Source: Parcubacteria group bacterium
Lineage (GTDB): Bacteria > Patescibacteriota > Minisyncoccia > Moranbacterales > UBA11712
Length of the DNA stretch: 64,000 bases
Assembly (NCBI GenBank): GCA_041659065.1
Contig: JBAZYY010000002.1
Location: forward strand, 24,091 to 88,090
Reading direction: 5' to 3'
A program made the translations under genes and the position numbers. The notes under the pieces were generated by a model. It worked only from the letters and a program-made list of their open reading frames with translations, had not been told where the DNA came from and did no database searches. Below are positions 28,075 through 38,351 of this stretch, piece by piece. Each line of letters starts with the position of its first letter. Position 1 is the first letter of the stretch.

Positions 28075-28743
28075 TTACTTTTCTCCAGCCTCTTCTGCGG
28101 GTTTTCCAAGCTTTTCACTCAATTTTTTTTCGATGACCTTTATGCCTTCTTCACTTGCGACCAAATATTTATGGTTCAATATTTCAAAAACATTCAAATT
28201 TTCAACATCCTGGGAGCTTACGTGGGGAATATTCCTACTTGCCCTGCGTGATTCCCTCTCATTCTTTGAAAAACCAAACAGGATTGTTCCCTTCAATTTG
28301 AGCATTTCAATAGCCTGCTGAATAGCTTTGGTTTTAACATCGCTTAGTTTGAGAGTATCGATTATAACCAATTCTTTGTCAGAAACCTTCCCACTAAGCG
28401 CCACAGCCAGAGCCTTCCTGCCCATCTTTTTTGGAACATCTTTTTTAAAATTTCTTTCTTTGGTTGGCCCGAAAACGATACCGCCCTTTCTCCAAATCGG
28501 AGTCCTGACGGATCCTACTCGCGCCCGGCCAGTTCCCTTTTGCCGCCATGGTTTTTTGCCAGAACCCGCCCGTTCCGCCCGATCCTTTGTGTGCGCCAAT
28601 ACCTGGCGCTGATTCGAGAATTGAGATACGTAAACCTGGTGCAAAAGAATATCGTTTCTCTCCAGACCAAAAACCGTTTCGGACAGATCCACATCCTTAA
28701 TTTTTTCTCCTTTTAAATTTTTTACTGGTAATTTCAACATCAC
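28075..28743 (-). CDS. rplD: 50S ribosomal protein L4
   Basis: L4 family; operon position. Confidence 0.9.
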   Translation of the reverse strand: MMLKLPVKNLKGEKIKDVDLSETVFGLERNDILLHQVYVSQFSNQRQVLAHTKDRAERAGSGKKPWRQKGTGRARVGSVRTPIWRKGGIVFGPTKERNFKKDVPKKMGRKALAVALSGKVSDKELVIIDTLKLSDVKTKAIQQAIEMLKLKGTILFGFSKNERESRRASRNIPHVSSQDVENLNVFEILNHKYLVASEEGIKVIEKKLSEKLGKPAEEAGEK

Positions 28744-28765
28744 TTATATTTCTAATTTTGTCCTT

Positions 28766-29356
28766 TTAGCGGCTGATCTCCACGATTCTTCCTCTTACTC
28801 CCGGCACCGCTCCCCTTAAAAATAAAATATTATTTTCTTTGTCTATTTCAACAATTACGAGATTTTTTACTGATGACCTTGTTCCGCCCATCCGACCCGC
28901 CATTCTCTTTCCTTTTATTACGTGCTCCGGATATGTCGCTCCGATAGAACCTGGCGCCCGAAGATCATGCTTGTGCCCATGAGTTTTTGGCGAACCCTTG
29001 AATCCGTGCCTTTTTACGACTCCCTGAAAACCTTTCGCCTTGGAAATTCCCGAAATTTTAATTTTTTCTCCAATCTCAAACTGGTTGATATCAACAATAT
29101 CTCCAACTTTCAAATCTTTCGTCTCTACTTTAAATTCCTTGATTCGCAAAAAATTTTTTCCTGGCTTTTCGCTTTTCGCTTTTCGCTTTGCGCTTTTTAG
29201 CCCGATTTGAATTGCCGCATACCCGTCCTGGTTGGTATTTCTGATTTGAGTAACCACGTTTGGCAAACATTCAACGAGAGTCACGTTTAAAGCGCCCTTT
29301 TCTTCGTCATATATAGTGCTCATTCCAAGCTTTTTTCCGAGAATAAACTTTGCCAT
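28766..29356 (-). CDS. rplC: 50S ribosomal protein L3
   Basis: MAKFILGKKLGMS start. Confidence 0.9.
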   Translation of the reverse strand: MAKFILGKKLGMSTIYDEEKGALNVTLVECLPNVVTQIRNTNQDGYAAIQIGLKSAKRKAKSEKPGKNFLRIKEFKVETKDLKVGDIVDINQFEIGEKIKISGISKAKGFQGVVKRHGFKGSPKTHGHKHDLRAPGSIGATYPEHVIKGKRMAGRMGGTRSSVKNLVIVEIDKENNILFLRGAVPGVRGRIVEISR

Positions 29357-29504
29357 ATCTATCTTTCAAATAAAAAACTGGACTAAATCCAGTCAAAACT
29401 ATCGCGATTTTAGTTTATGACTAGTTCAGTATCCGCCTAAATTTTCGGAGAAGACTTGGGCGGACTTAAATTAGTTATCAGTTATAATTTTTATTGGCTC
29501 CGAA

Positions 29505-29843
29505 TTACATTTTTATCTCCACATCCACGCCAGCCGGAAGGTCAAGATTCGTCAGATTATCTATCGTTTTTGGAGTGGGGCTAAAAATATCGATCAGGCG
29601 CTTATGAATCCTCATTTCGTATTGGTCACGGCTGTCTTTATGAACAAATGTTGATTTGTTTACCGTGTATTTACGGATTTGAGTCGGTAAAGGAACCGGC
29701 CCTGCGATTTCCGCACCCGTCCTCTCGGCTGTTTCAACTATCTGCCTGGCTGAGCGATCAATTACCTTGTGATCGTAAGCTTTGATTTTTATCCTGATTC
29801 TTTGCTTGGCCTCTGCTTCTGCCGGTTTCTTAGCTGATGACAT
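29505..29843 (-). CDS. rpsJ: 30S ribosomal protein S10
   Basis: [16 protein letters not shown]10 motif. Confidence 0.9.
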   Translation of the reverse strand: MSSAKKPAEAEAKQRIRIKIKAYDHKVIDRSARQIVETAERTGAEIAGPVPLPTQIRKYTVNKSTFVHKDSRDQYEMRIHKRLIDIFSPTPKTIDNLTNLDLPAGVDVEIKM

Positions 29844-29972
29844 TTAGCTTTAAACTCCCCACGCCGATCCTAACCACTGATTCCTACCAAGCTTGAAAGT
29901 TCGGAACATCTTCTTCTCATCTTGGAAAGAATTGGCCAAGATTGGTGTGGGGAGTGAATATTAAATAACTAG

Positions 29973-31166
29973 TTATTTGATAATTTTTGTTACTACGCCT
30001 GCTCCAACGGTTTTCCCACCCTCTCGAATGGCAAATCTCATTCCCTCTTCCATAGCGACTGGAGCCACTAGTTTGACACCGAGATTGACGGTATCGCCTG
30101 GCATGACCATCTCAGTTCCCTCTGGAAGGGTGACCTCGCCCGTCACATCAGTAGTCCTGATATAAAATTGCGGCTTGTAACCCTTAAAGAATGGAGTGTG
30201 TCTTCCGCCCTCGTCTTTATTCAAGATATATACTTCACAGTCAAATTCGGTGTGAGGAGTAATAGAACCTGGTTTTGCCAAAACCTGTCCCCTTTCCACT
30301 TCTTCTTTTTTGGTTCCGCGCAGCAAGACTCCCGCGTTATCGCCAGCCTGTCCCTTATCAAGAGTTTTATTGAACATTTCGATCCCGGTAACGGTTGTTT
30401 TTGCAGTAGGCTTAATTCCCACTATTTCCACTTCTTCATTAACATTGATAATTCCCCTTTCAATTCTTCCGGTAACCACTGTACCGCGTCCTTCGATTGA
30501 GAAAATGTCTTCAATCGGCATCAAATACGGTTTATCGATATCCCGCACCGGATCAGGAATTTTTTCATCAAGAGCCGCAATAAGATCAAGAATCGGCTTG
30601 GCTGCCTCATCGTCTTTACTTTTTGATTCAAGCGCTTTAAGGGCTGAACCGCGAATAATAGAAGCATTGTCGCCATCGAACTCATATTTGGTTAATAGCT
30701 CTCTTACCTCAGCTTCAACCAGATCGATCAGTTCTGGATCATCAACCATGTCAACCTTATTGAGGAATACAACTACGGCCGGCACTCCCACCTGGCGAGC
30801 AAGCAAAATGTGCTCTCTGGTTTGAGGCATAGGACCGTCAGTGGCACTGACAACCAAAATTGCGCCATCCATTTGCGCGGCACCCGTAATCATGTTTTTG
30901 ATGTAGTCGGCATGCCCTGGGCAGTCGACGTGAGCGTAGTGCCGCTTTTCTGATTCATATTCACAATGAGCAGTAGCAATGGTAATTCCACGTTCTCTTT
31001 CCTCAGGAGCTTTATCGATTTCGTCAACGCCTTTTTCTTTGGCTTGACCAAGAAAGCTCAAGACATGCAAAATAGCGGCCGTAAGGGTTGTCTTGCCATG
31101 ATCAACATGTCCTATTGTACCAACATTTACGTGTGGTTTGGTTCTTTCAAATACTGCTGCTGCCAT
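29973..31166 (-). CDS. tuf: Elongation factor Tu
   Basis: [23 protein letters not shown]-motifs. Confidence 0.95.
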   Translation of the reverse strand: MAAAVFERTKPHVNVGTIGHVDHGKTTLTAAILHVLSFLGQAKEKGVDEIDKAPEERERGITIATAHCEYESEKRHYAHVDCPGHADYIKNMITGAAQMDGAILVVSATDGPMPQTREHILLARQVGVPAVVVFLNKVDMVDDPELIDLVEAEVRELLTKYEFDGDNASIIRGSALKALESKSKDDEAAKPILDLIAALDEKIPDPVRDIDKPYLMPIEDIFSIEGRGTVVTGRIERGIINVNEEVEIVGIKPTAKTTVTGIEMFNKTLDKGQAGDNAGVLLRGTKKEEVERGQVLAKPGSITPHTEFDCEVYILNKDEGGRHTPFFKGYKPQFYIRTTDVTGEVTLPEGTEMVMPGDTVNLGVKLVAPVAMEEGMRFAIREGGKTVGAGVVTKIIK

Positions 31167-31234
31167 ATTTTTTTATCGCGAATTGACATAAATCCAATTC
31201 GAATCCATGCCGATTCGTTATTATTAACTATTTA

Positions 31235-31444
31235 TTAAGTTTTAGCATTAAAATGTCTGCCTGCCCGAAATGCTTTATCATTTAAGCAAATAACACATTT
31301 ACCATAATGCATAAAGCCTATATTTGCAATGCTTTTTGCTGCATCGCATTTAAAGCAGGCGGGTGAAATTATTCTAAACAATTTTTTAAAACTTGGCAAG
31401 TCCCTCCTACACATACTCCACATCTTCCAGCTTCTCAATTTCAT
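31235..31444 (-). CDS. Possible small zinc-ribbon protein (69 aa)
   Basis: CFKC…(17 aa)…CVIC; overlaps the 3' end of the upstream small ORF; coding status uncertain in an AT-rich region. Confidence 0.3.
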   Translation of the reverse strand: MKLRSWKMWSMCRRDLPSFKKLFRIISPACFKCDAAKSIANIGFMHYGKCVICLNDKAFRAGRHFNAKT

Positions 31445-31676
31445 CCGTCAGCAATTCTTTGGAATTATCAGTCTGATTTTCACGCCAAGCGGCAATATCA
31501 GAATTTATTCTATCAACTAATTCTTCCTCTGTCAAAGATTTGACATTTGGATAATTTTCAAGGCTTTTCTTGTATTCTTCCCAGCCCATAACAATGTAGC
31601 GAGGTTTATCCTTTTCAATAAAAATATATTTGCCACCCGCTTTTTCCATTAGCTCTTTCAGCTCCTGGGAGATCAT
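31407..31676 (-). CDS. Small protein with Phd/YefM-antitoxin-like N-terminal pattern
   Basis: ISQELKELMEKAGGKYIFIEKDKPRYIVMGWEEYKKSLEN mirrors the helix-strand-strand-EEY pattern of YefM; acidic C-terminus; sits between fusA and tuf. Confidence 0.4.
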   Translation of the reverse strand: MISQELKELMEKAGGKYIFIEKDKPRYIVMGWEEYKKSLENYPNVKSLTEEELVDRINSDIAAWRENQTDNSKELLTDEIEKLEDVEYV

Positions 31677-31717
31677 AAGATTAAAATTCGATTTATAATT
31701 TAGGCCCGAATCGCTAA

Positions 31718-33805
31718 TTATTTCCTTTCTCCTGATTTTATTTCTTCAGCAACATTTCTCGGAACTTCTTCGTAGTGATCAAATTCCATACTATAGCTGG
31801 CTCTGCCTTGCGACATCGAACGCAGTTGCGTCGCATACCCAAACATCGAAGCAAGCGGAACAAGAGTTTTTATTTCCTTGACCCTCGCGTTTCCTTCTCC
31901 ACGATCCTCAATTTCCTGAATTTGACCGCGTTTTGAATTGATATCGCCTACTACATCTCCCATAAATTGTTCCGGAGTTGTAATGTCAACTTTCATAATT
32001 GGCTCCAAAAGTATCGGATTTGCCCTCTTTACGGCTTCCTGCACCGCCAAAGATCCGGCGATTTTAAATGCCGCTTCCGAGGAATCAACATCATGAAATG
32101 ATCCGTCGTAAACTATCGCTTTTACGTCAACCATCGGGTAACCCGCGATTACTCCGTTATCCAAAGCTTCTTTAACACCTTTTTGAATCGGTGGAATATA
32201 TTCTTGCGGAATAATTCCCCCTTTGATTTCGTTCGCGAATTCGAATCCTTTTCCAGCTTCAAGCGGCTCAACCCTGATCCAACAGTGCCCGTACTGGCCG
32301 CGTCCTCCGGATTGGCGGATATATTTTCCTTCGGCTTCCGCAGTCTTCTTGATTGTTTCCCGGTAAGCAACTTGGGGACGGCCCACATTGGCTTCAACCT
32401 TAAATTCCCTCTTCATTCTGTCAACAATAATATCGAGATGGAGCTCTCCCATTCCTTCAATAATTGTCTGGCCGGAATCCTCGTCCGTGTGAACCCGAAA
32501 AGTCGGATCTTCTTCACTAAGTTTTTTGAGGGCAATTCCCATTTTTTCTTGATCCGCCTTTGTTTTCGGTTCAATCGCAATCGAAATGACCGGTTCCGGA
32601 AAGGTTATCGATTCAAGTAAAACCGGACTGCTAGGATCACAAAGAGTATCGCCGGTTGTTGTGTATTTCATGCCCACTAACGCCCCGATTCCACCTGAGT
32701 ATATTTCCTCTATTTCCTCGCGATGATTCGCGTGCATGCGCAAAATTCGACCGATTCTTTCTTTTTCTTCCTTGGAAGCATTGAGTGCGTAAGAACCGGC
32801 TTTGACCGTTCCCGTGTATACCCTGAAAAATGTCAGCTGGCCGACAAATGGGTCTGTAGCTACCTTGAATGCCAAAGCGGCAAAGGGCGCCGAATCATCC
32901 GGCTTTATTTCCAATTCTTCGTTATTTTTCGGATTGATTGCCTTGACCGGAGGTACATCAGCAGGCGACGGCAGATAATCAACAACTGCGTCAAGAACAG
33001 GCTGAACCCCTTTGTTCCTTAAAGCCGTCCCGCAAAAAACCGGGAATAATCTCACTTCAATGGTCGCTTTTCTTAAGGCGGATTTTAGCTCCTCAACGGA
33101 TATTTCTTCTCCGCCCAAAAATTTTTCCGTAAGCGTATCATCCGTTTCGGCTATTTTTTCAATCATCTTCTCGCGCCATTCCTTCGCCTGATCCGCAAGT
33201 TCGGCCGGCACGTCCTTCTCAACGACTTTTTCCCCTTTATCACCCTCGAAATAAACCGCTTTCATTTTCATTAAGTCGACCACCCCCGAAAAATCTCCTC
33301 TTTGGCCAATTGGAATTTGAACCGCGATTGCATTCGGATTAAGCCGGTTAATGATACTGGAAAGGGAATAAAAAAAATCCGCGCCTTCCTTGTCTACTTT
33401 GTTGATAAAGCACAGTCGCGGGACATTATACTTATCCGCCTGTCTCCAGACCGTTTCAGATTGGGGCTCTACCCCTTCTTTTCCATCAAAGACAACCACG
33501 CCACCGTCAAGAACCCGGAGACTTCTTTCGACTTCGACCGTAAAATCAACATGACCGGGAGTGTCAATTATGTTTATTTGGCAATCCTGCCAATAGCAAG
33601 TCGTGGCAGCACTGGTGATTGTGATACCTCTTTCTTTTTCCTGCTCCATCCAGTCCATGGTTGCCTCACCTTCATGAACCTCTCCGATCTTATGAGAAAT
33701 TCCAGTGTAAAACAAAACACGCTCGGTAGTCGTGGTTTTACCGGCGTCGATGTGGGCAATGATGCCTATGTTTCTGTATTTTTCTATGGGATACTTTCTT
33801 GCCAT
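31718..33805 (-). CDS. fusA: Elongation factor G
   Basis: [21 protein letters not shown]; 695 aa. Confidence 0.95.
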   Translation of the reverse strand: MARKYPIEKYRNIGIIAHIDAGKTTTTERVLFYTGISHKIGEVHEGEATMDWMEQEKERGITITSAATTCYWQDCQINIIDTPGHVDFTVEVERSLRVLDGGVVVFDGKEGVEPQSETVWRQADKYNVPRLCFINKVDKEGADFFYSLSSIINRLNPNAIAVQIPIGQRGDFSGVVDLMKMKAVYFEGDKGEKVVEKDVPAELADQAKEWREKMIEKIAETDDTLTEKFLGGEEISVEELKSALRKATIEVRLFPVFCGTALRNKGVQPVLDAVVDYLPSPADVPPVKAINPKNNEELEIKPDDSAPFAALAFKVATDPFVGQLTFFRVYTGTVKAGSYALNASKEEKERIGRILRMHANHREEIEEIYSGGIGALVGMKYTTTGDTLCDPSSPVLLESITFPEPVISIAIEPKTKADQEKMGIALKKLSEEDPTFRVHTDEDSGQTIIEGMGELHLDIIVDRMKREFKVEANVGRPQVAYRETIKKTAEAEGKYIRQSGGRGQYGHCWIRVEPLEAGKGFEFANEIKGGIIPQEYIPPIQKGVKEALDNGVIAGYPMVDVKAIVYDGSFHDVDSSEAAFKIAGSLAVQEAVKRANPILLEPIMKVDITTPEQFMGDVVGDINSKRGQIQEIEDRGEGNARVKEIKTLVPLASMFGYATQLRSMSQGRASYSMEFDHYEEVPRNVAEEIKSGERK

Positions 33806-33812
33806 ACTTTTT

Positions 33813-34280
33813 CTATGCGAAATGTGCGAACGCCTTATTGGCCTCCGCCATGCGATGGGTGTCTTCCCTTTTCTTCATGGCCGTGCCGCCTTTTTCTGCA
33901 GCTTCGATTAACTCTTGTGCCAGTTTTTCAGCCATTTTACTGCCTTTTTTGGCCCGGATAGCATCTCTTATCCAACGCATCGCCAGAGTCACTCTCCGAT
34001 CTCCTAAAACCTGAACCGGCACTTGATAGTTAGCTCCCCCGATACGCCGAGATTTGAGCTCGACTAGGGGTGAAACATTTTTGATTGCCTGTTCAAATAC
34101 GTTAAGGCCTCCTTTTTTAGTCTTTTCATGAATTATGTCAAAAGAATCGTAGATTACTTTTTGAGCGGTACTACGCTTTCCTCTTTCCATTAGCTGGCCA
34201 ATAAACCTTCCTACAGTCATGCTGTTGAACTTGGGATCTGGCCGCCATGATTTTCGATATACTCTTTTTCTTCGTGGCAC
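33813..34280 (-). CDS. rpsG: 30S ribosomal protein S7
   Basis: MPRRKRV…PDPKF S7 start. Confidence 0.9.
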   Translation of the reverse strand: MPRRKRVYRKSWRPDPKFNSMTVGRFIGQLMERGKRSTAQKVIYDSFDIIHEKTKKGGLNVFEQAIKNVSPLVELKSRRIGGANYQVPVQVLGDRRVTLAMRWIRDAIRAKKGSKMAEKLAQELIEAAEKGGTAMKKREDTHRMAEANKAFAHFA

Positions 34281-34427
34281 GTTCGTTTCACTCGACTTAA
34301 AAATTAAAAGTGAAAAGTTTAAAATTAAGGTGCTCGCTACGCTCGAATATTATTATTTATAAAGTAACTATCGCGAAGCGACACCAAAATTTTTAATTTT
34401 TCATTTTTGACTTCTAACTTTCGAAAC
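34281..34427. repeat. Intercistronic palindromic element (family B)
   Basis: AAAATTAAAAGTGAAAAGTTTAAAATTAAGG…CGCTACGCTCG…ATCGCGAAGCGACACC…TTTTCATTTTTGACTTCTAACTTTCG. Confidence 0.6.
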
Positions 34428-34844
34428 CTAAGCCTGCTTAGGTTTCTTCGATCCATATTTCGATCGACCTCGTTTGCGATCATTAACGCCGGCGGAATCC
34501 AAAACACCCCTCACTACGTGATAACGGACACCCGGAAGATCCGGAACCCGTCCTCCGCGAATCATAACGATTGAGTGCTCTTGAAGATTATGCCCAATAC
34601 CCGGAATATAAGCCGTCACTTCCATGCCGTTAGTAAGACGAACTCTAGCGATTTTTCGAAGGGCGGAATTAGGCTTCTTTGGAGTGGTGGTGGAAACCTT
34701 CACGCAAACGCCACGTTTAAACGGACTATCGGTATTAATCGGCTTATTTTTGAGTGTATTAAAAATCCTCGTCATTGCTGGCGATTTAGGCTTTCTTTTT
34801 TGGACCTTGCGCGGCCGTTTTTTGAGCTGATTGATAGTTGGCAT
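34428..34844 (-). CDS. rpsL: 30S ribosomal protein S12
   Basis: MPTINQL…[11 protein letters not shown]12 signature. Confidence 0.95.
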   Translation of the reverse strand: MPTINQLKKRPRKVQKRKPKSPAMTRIFNTLKNKPINTDSPFKRGVCVKVSTTTPKKPNSALRKIARVRLTNGMEVTAYIPGIGHNLQEHSIVMIRGGRVPDLPGVRYHVVRGVLDSAGVNDRKRGRSKYGSKKPKQA

Positions 34845-35069
34845 GAGCGCTTCGCTGAATGCAAAATTTAAAATGCAAAACTTAAAATTTCGGTGTTCGC
34901 TTTGCTCACATATTCTGTTTTAATGCAAATAAAACTGCTAGTGAGCTAGCACCCGTAATATTAGATAAATATTAATAAAATGTCAACCCTCCTTTCGGGA
35001 TAGCTTATATTTTTAATTTCTCGATGTCGCAATGCTTGAAAATTGTGAATTGAAAATCAAAAATTTCCA

Positions 35070-35759
35070 TTATATCCCCAGTACGAGCCTGAAAAATGAA
35101 AGTTCAATAAACCGAATAATCGTAAATATCGGACCGGATAGAATTATAACCAAGGGTATTATGAAAATTAAGCCAAATTGTTCAAGATACAGCTTGCGTT
35201 CTTCGCTGATCGGTAGAATAGCGAATAGAAGTTTCGATCCATCCAGAGGCGGAATGGGCACCAAGTTGAAGAAAGCCAGTAGGATATTGACGTAGATTAT
35301 CATAATAAACAGGATCGCCACGCCGCTCAGGCCAGATCCGAGCAATCCCTGGCCCGTAAACAGATTATTGAGCAACTTGATACTATCCGAGATAGGCACT
35401 AAGCCACTTATGATAAAAATTTTCAAAAAAATACCAAAAACAATTGCTATCACGATATTAGAAATCGGGCCAGCCGCTCCGACTACCGCCGGACCATACT
35501 TCTGATTTTTAAGATTGTATGGGTTATAGGGAACTGGTTTTGCGGAGGCAAAAAAGAACGCTCCGCCGGAAAGCACCCAGAGAAGGACTGGCATCAAAAA
35601 AGACCCCCAGAGATCGAGATGCTTGATGGGGTTAAGCGTTAGTCGGCCCGCGTATTTAGCCGTTGGGTCTCCCAACCAAAAAGCCGCGAGACCGTGAGAC
35701 ACCTCATGGACAACAGCCGACATCACTAAAATTATCAAAAGCAGTACAAAATCAGGCAT
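35070..35759 (-). CDS. Site-2 protease (peptidase M50) family membrane metalloprotease
   Basis: HEVSH zinc motif in a TM helix, downstream NLVPIPPLDG motif. Confidence 0.75.
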   Translation of the reverse strand: MPDFVLLLIILVMSAVVHEVSHGLAAFWLGDPTAKYAGRLTLNPIKHLDLWGSFLMPVLLWVLSGGAFFFASAKPVPYNPYNLKNQKYGPAVVGAAGPISNIVIAIVFGIFLKIFIISGLVPISDSIKLLNNLFTGQGLLGSGLSGVAILFIMIIYVNILLAFFNLVPIPPLDGSKLLFAILPISEERKLYLEQFGLIFIIPLVIILSGPIFTIIRFIELSFFRLVLGI

Positions 35760-35934
35760 ATTATTGAGAAACAGTAAATTGATTTTTCCTTATTTAATAC
35801 GGATCTTGCCAGTATTTCTTTTTTATGTTAACTTGAACCAGTTAATTAAGCAACCTTTTCATGTAACACAAAACATGAAACATGAAACATGAGTTTATTC
35901 GACCTCGTGTTACGTGTTACATGTTACATGCCCT

Positions 35935-36108
35935 ATGTCACGAGTCTGCCAAATTTGCGGCCGCGGACCAAAATCCTCCCAAAGCCGCTCCCACTCCAAT
36001 ATCGCCACCAAAAGAACGATGGCCATCAATCTTCAAACCAAAAAAACCGGCGGAAAGAATCTGAAGATCTGTACCAAGTGCCTCAAGACCGCCGCCAAAG
36101 AAAAATAG
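35935..36108 (+). CDS. rpmB: 50S ribosomal protein L28
   Basis: MSRVCQICGRGPKS…RSHSNIATKRT…NLQ matches the L28 consensus; 57 aa (the track ORF starts 7 codons earlier). Confidence 0.8.
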   Translation: MSRVCQICGRGPKSSQSRSHSNIATKRTMAINLQTKKTGGKNLKICTKCLKTAAKEK

Positions 36109-36135
36109 CTCCGAAAGGAGCTATTTCTTGTTCTC
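36103..36135 (+). terminator. Intrinsic terminator after rpmB
   Basis: Hairpin ATAGCTCC-GAAA-GGAGCTAT (contains the stop codon) then TTCTTGTTCTCC. Confidence 0.5.
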
Positions 36136-36409
36136 CAATTTTTACTCCGACATTCAATATTGTGTCAGTTTAATTAATGAATAATCTGTTTTTTTATTCT
36201 TTGGTTCACAAAAAAAGATTAGTAACTAACTTTCCTCTCTTAAAATTTAGTGCTTAGTTTTAGCGAGGCTTTTTTATAATTCGGCAATTCACGGCAATTC
36301 ATTTTACCCACAGCCACCATATCTACCCAAAAAAATATTTGTCCATGAAAATGCCGCTGTGTTTCAATCTCAAATCAGAGATCAATTACATTTGATTTTC
36401 TGAAAATAT

Positions 36410-36943
36410 TTACTGTTGCTGTACGGCAATCACTGATGCTGTCATTTCGTCATTGCTGATTACTACCTTATCCGAGATAATCCTGGCTACATCATCCTTT
36501 TGAATCTCGGCAAGATTCTTGGTGGGAAATAGCGTCTTACTGTTGAAATTGACCTTGACATCCTTCATCTTTTTTTCAAAAGCGCTAAACGGCATCGCCT
36601 TGCCTGGTTCAAAACCAGCGGATTCTTTCGGCCGCGTAAAATCGGGAATTTCAACTTGCGCGACGATATAGCCGTCTCCGATTTCAGAAATCCTGCCCAT
36701 GAAATCATTGTCCAGTCCCTTATCTTGGTCTTCGGCGCGGATAGTGGCATTGTCCGGCCTCGTATTTGCGCCAGCCATCGGCTGGCTGGCTGCAATCGGC
36801 ACACTCAAAACTCTTGTTCGATTGAAAATGATTACCAAGAAGACGATGATAATTACGAATAAAAAACCATACGCAGCTATCACAATTTTTAATATTTTTT
36901 CGTTCATTTTATTTTTAATTAGCTTATGACTGTTTAGGTGCAA
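36410..36943 (-). CDS. Membrane-anchored exported protein, paralog of the C-terminal half of 37518..38333
   Basis: One N-terminal TM helix; ISEIGDGYIVAQVEIPDF compared with IKEIGNNYFVVEAQWIEPS in the upstream paralog. Confidence 0.5.
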   Translation of the reverse strand: MHLNSHKLIKNKMNEKILKIVIAAYGFLFVIIIVFLVIIFNRTRVLSVPIAASQPMAGANTRPDNATIRAEDQDKGLDNDFMGRISEIGDGYIVAQVEIPDFTRPKESAGFEPGKAMPFSAFEKKMKDVKVNFNSKTLFPTKNLAEIQKDDVARIISDKVVISNDEMTASVIAVQQQ

Positions 36944-37428
36944 AGCCCGGGGTTAATTTCAGGTGTTCTGGTACAATAATAAGATCCTGTTCCACCAGCA
37001 GAGCACACATAGTAGCACGTCGTACAAGAACTTGTATCGGGGTCTGAGGCCTCCTGCCCACAGCTCAATACGCGACCGCTAACATTGCACTGACAAAGAG
37101 GTTCTGCAATTGTCGTTGTCGTAGTCGTAGTCGTACTTCCACTTGGCCACTCTGTCTTGCACACTCCCCGGATACAAACTTGGTCGGCATTGATTGTTCC
37201 CGCTCCCTTGTTGCCGCCGGTTGTCGAACTGCCAATCAGCATCCCGCCGTTGATGTTCAAATTTCCCGCTTTCGTCTGCGCCGTCCCGCTCGTATTGATC
37301 GGCGCGCCGAGATTTCCTCCCGGAGGATCCGAAGCGGGTTCGGTCCAAGCCCGGACGAACTGAAGCGCTAAACCCAGAGCGATGCCAACCGCAGCGATTG
37401 AGAGCCAGTAGCTAATTCTATTTTTCAT
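36934..37428 (-). CDS. Secreted Cys-rich protein (Sec signal peptide with AxA site), paralog of 38352..38975
   Basis: Signal peptide …LQFVRA|WTEP; conserved mature N-terminus WTEPxxxPPGGNLGAPINT; poly-Thr; 10+ Cys. Confidence 0.55.
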   Translation of the reverse strand: MKNRISYWLSIAAVGIALGLALQFVRAWTEPASDPPGGNLGAPINTSGTAQTKAGNLNINGGMLIGSSTTGGNKGAGTINADQVCIRGVCKTEWPSGSTTTTTTTTIAEPLCQCNVSGRVLSCGQEASDPDTSSCTTCYYVCSAGGTGSYYCTRTPEINPGLCT

Positions 37429-37517
37429 TTATTTGTTTTATTAAAATTTTTATAGTTAGTTATATCTAAAAGTCACTATGCAATATTTGTCTGAATCTCT
37501 CCTAACTTTAAATCAAC

Positions 37518-38333
37518 TTAAAGGGGTCCCTCAATTTTTGTCGCCGTAAACTCCGCAAGAGAAAAGACGGGCGCATTGGAATACGCATCGATATTATCAC
37601 CAACCCTAAGGTCGTTTTTTCCACTTTTTGAGAAAACAGTTTTGCTATCGATAAGCACTTTGTATGTTTTTGATATTTTAGGAGCTGTTGCCGGATCAAC
37701 ATTTTGTGGATCGCCAGCTTTGGATGGCTCTATCCATTGTGCCTCAACAACAAAGTAATTGTTGCCAATTTCTTTTATGGCTCCGCCTATATATTTTACA
37801 CTATTCGAAAAGTCGGCGCTCGGAATAAAATTAGCATTTAATCCTGGATTAGGAATAACCCAAACTTTTTTCGCAGTCAGTTTTTCGTCTCTATAAATTA
37901 GGTTATCAGTAAAAACGTGAACATTGTCGCCAATTTTGATATTTTCCCATTTTAATGGAAATTCAGTATCAGCAGTAATCGCTATCGCAAGCTTCTTTTT
38001 TATTTTAGGAAAAGAGTCTGCTTGTTTGAGAGCAGCGTCTGACAAACCAGAAAGTTTGGGAAAATTTACCATATCAGCTTCAACTATCATTGAGCCTCGG
38101 TCTTTTGAGACAACTGATCCCTTCAGCTCTTTCGTGTTTTCCTTGATTGTCTTCTGAACGGCCTCTAATAAATACGGGTCATTAACGGCTGCTTGCTGAT
38201 TTTTACTACCAGCTTTGACCAAATTATCAACCTTGCCATTTAGATTCATTATCGTTTTTTGCTGATACGCGAATACCACTGCGATTAGAATAAGGGTGAC
38301 GACTATTAGACTGTATTTTGTTTTATTTTCCAT
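37518..38333 (-). CDS. Membrane-anchored exported protein
   Basis: N-terminal TM helix; C-terminal domain homologous to 36410..36943. Confidence 0.5.
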   Translation of the reverse strand: MENKTKYSLIVVTLILIAVVFAYQQKTIMNLNGKVDNLVKAGSKNQQAAVNDPYLLEAVQKTIKENTKELKGSVVSKDRGSMIVEADMVNFPKLSGLSDAALKQADSFPKIKKKLAIAITADTEFPLKWENIKIGDNVHVFTDNLIYRDEKLTAKKVWVIPNPGLNANFIPSADFSNSVKYIGGAIKEIGNNYFVVEAQWIEPSKAGDPQNVDPATAPKISKTYKVLIDSKTVFSKSGKNDLRVGDNIDAYSNAPVFSLAEFTATKIEGPL

Positions 38334-38351
38334 AAATAGATATTAAATTTA

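Noticed and set aside
30310-30825. 171-aa + strand ORF
   Set aside because: Antisense to tuf.
31190-31210. TTCGAATCC motif resembling a tRNA T-loop
   Set aside because: The flanking sequence cannot form T-stem or acceptor stem (no complementary G/C runs).
33302-33961. 219-aa + strand ORF
   Set aside because: Antisense to fusA/rpsG.
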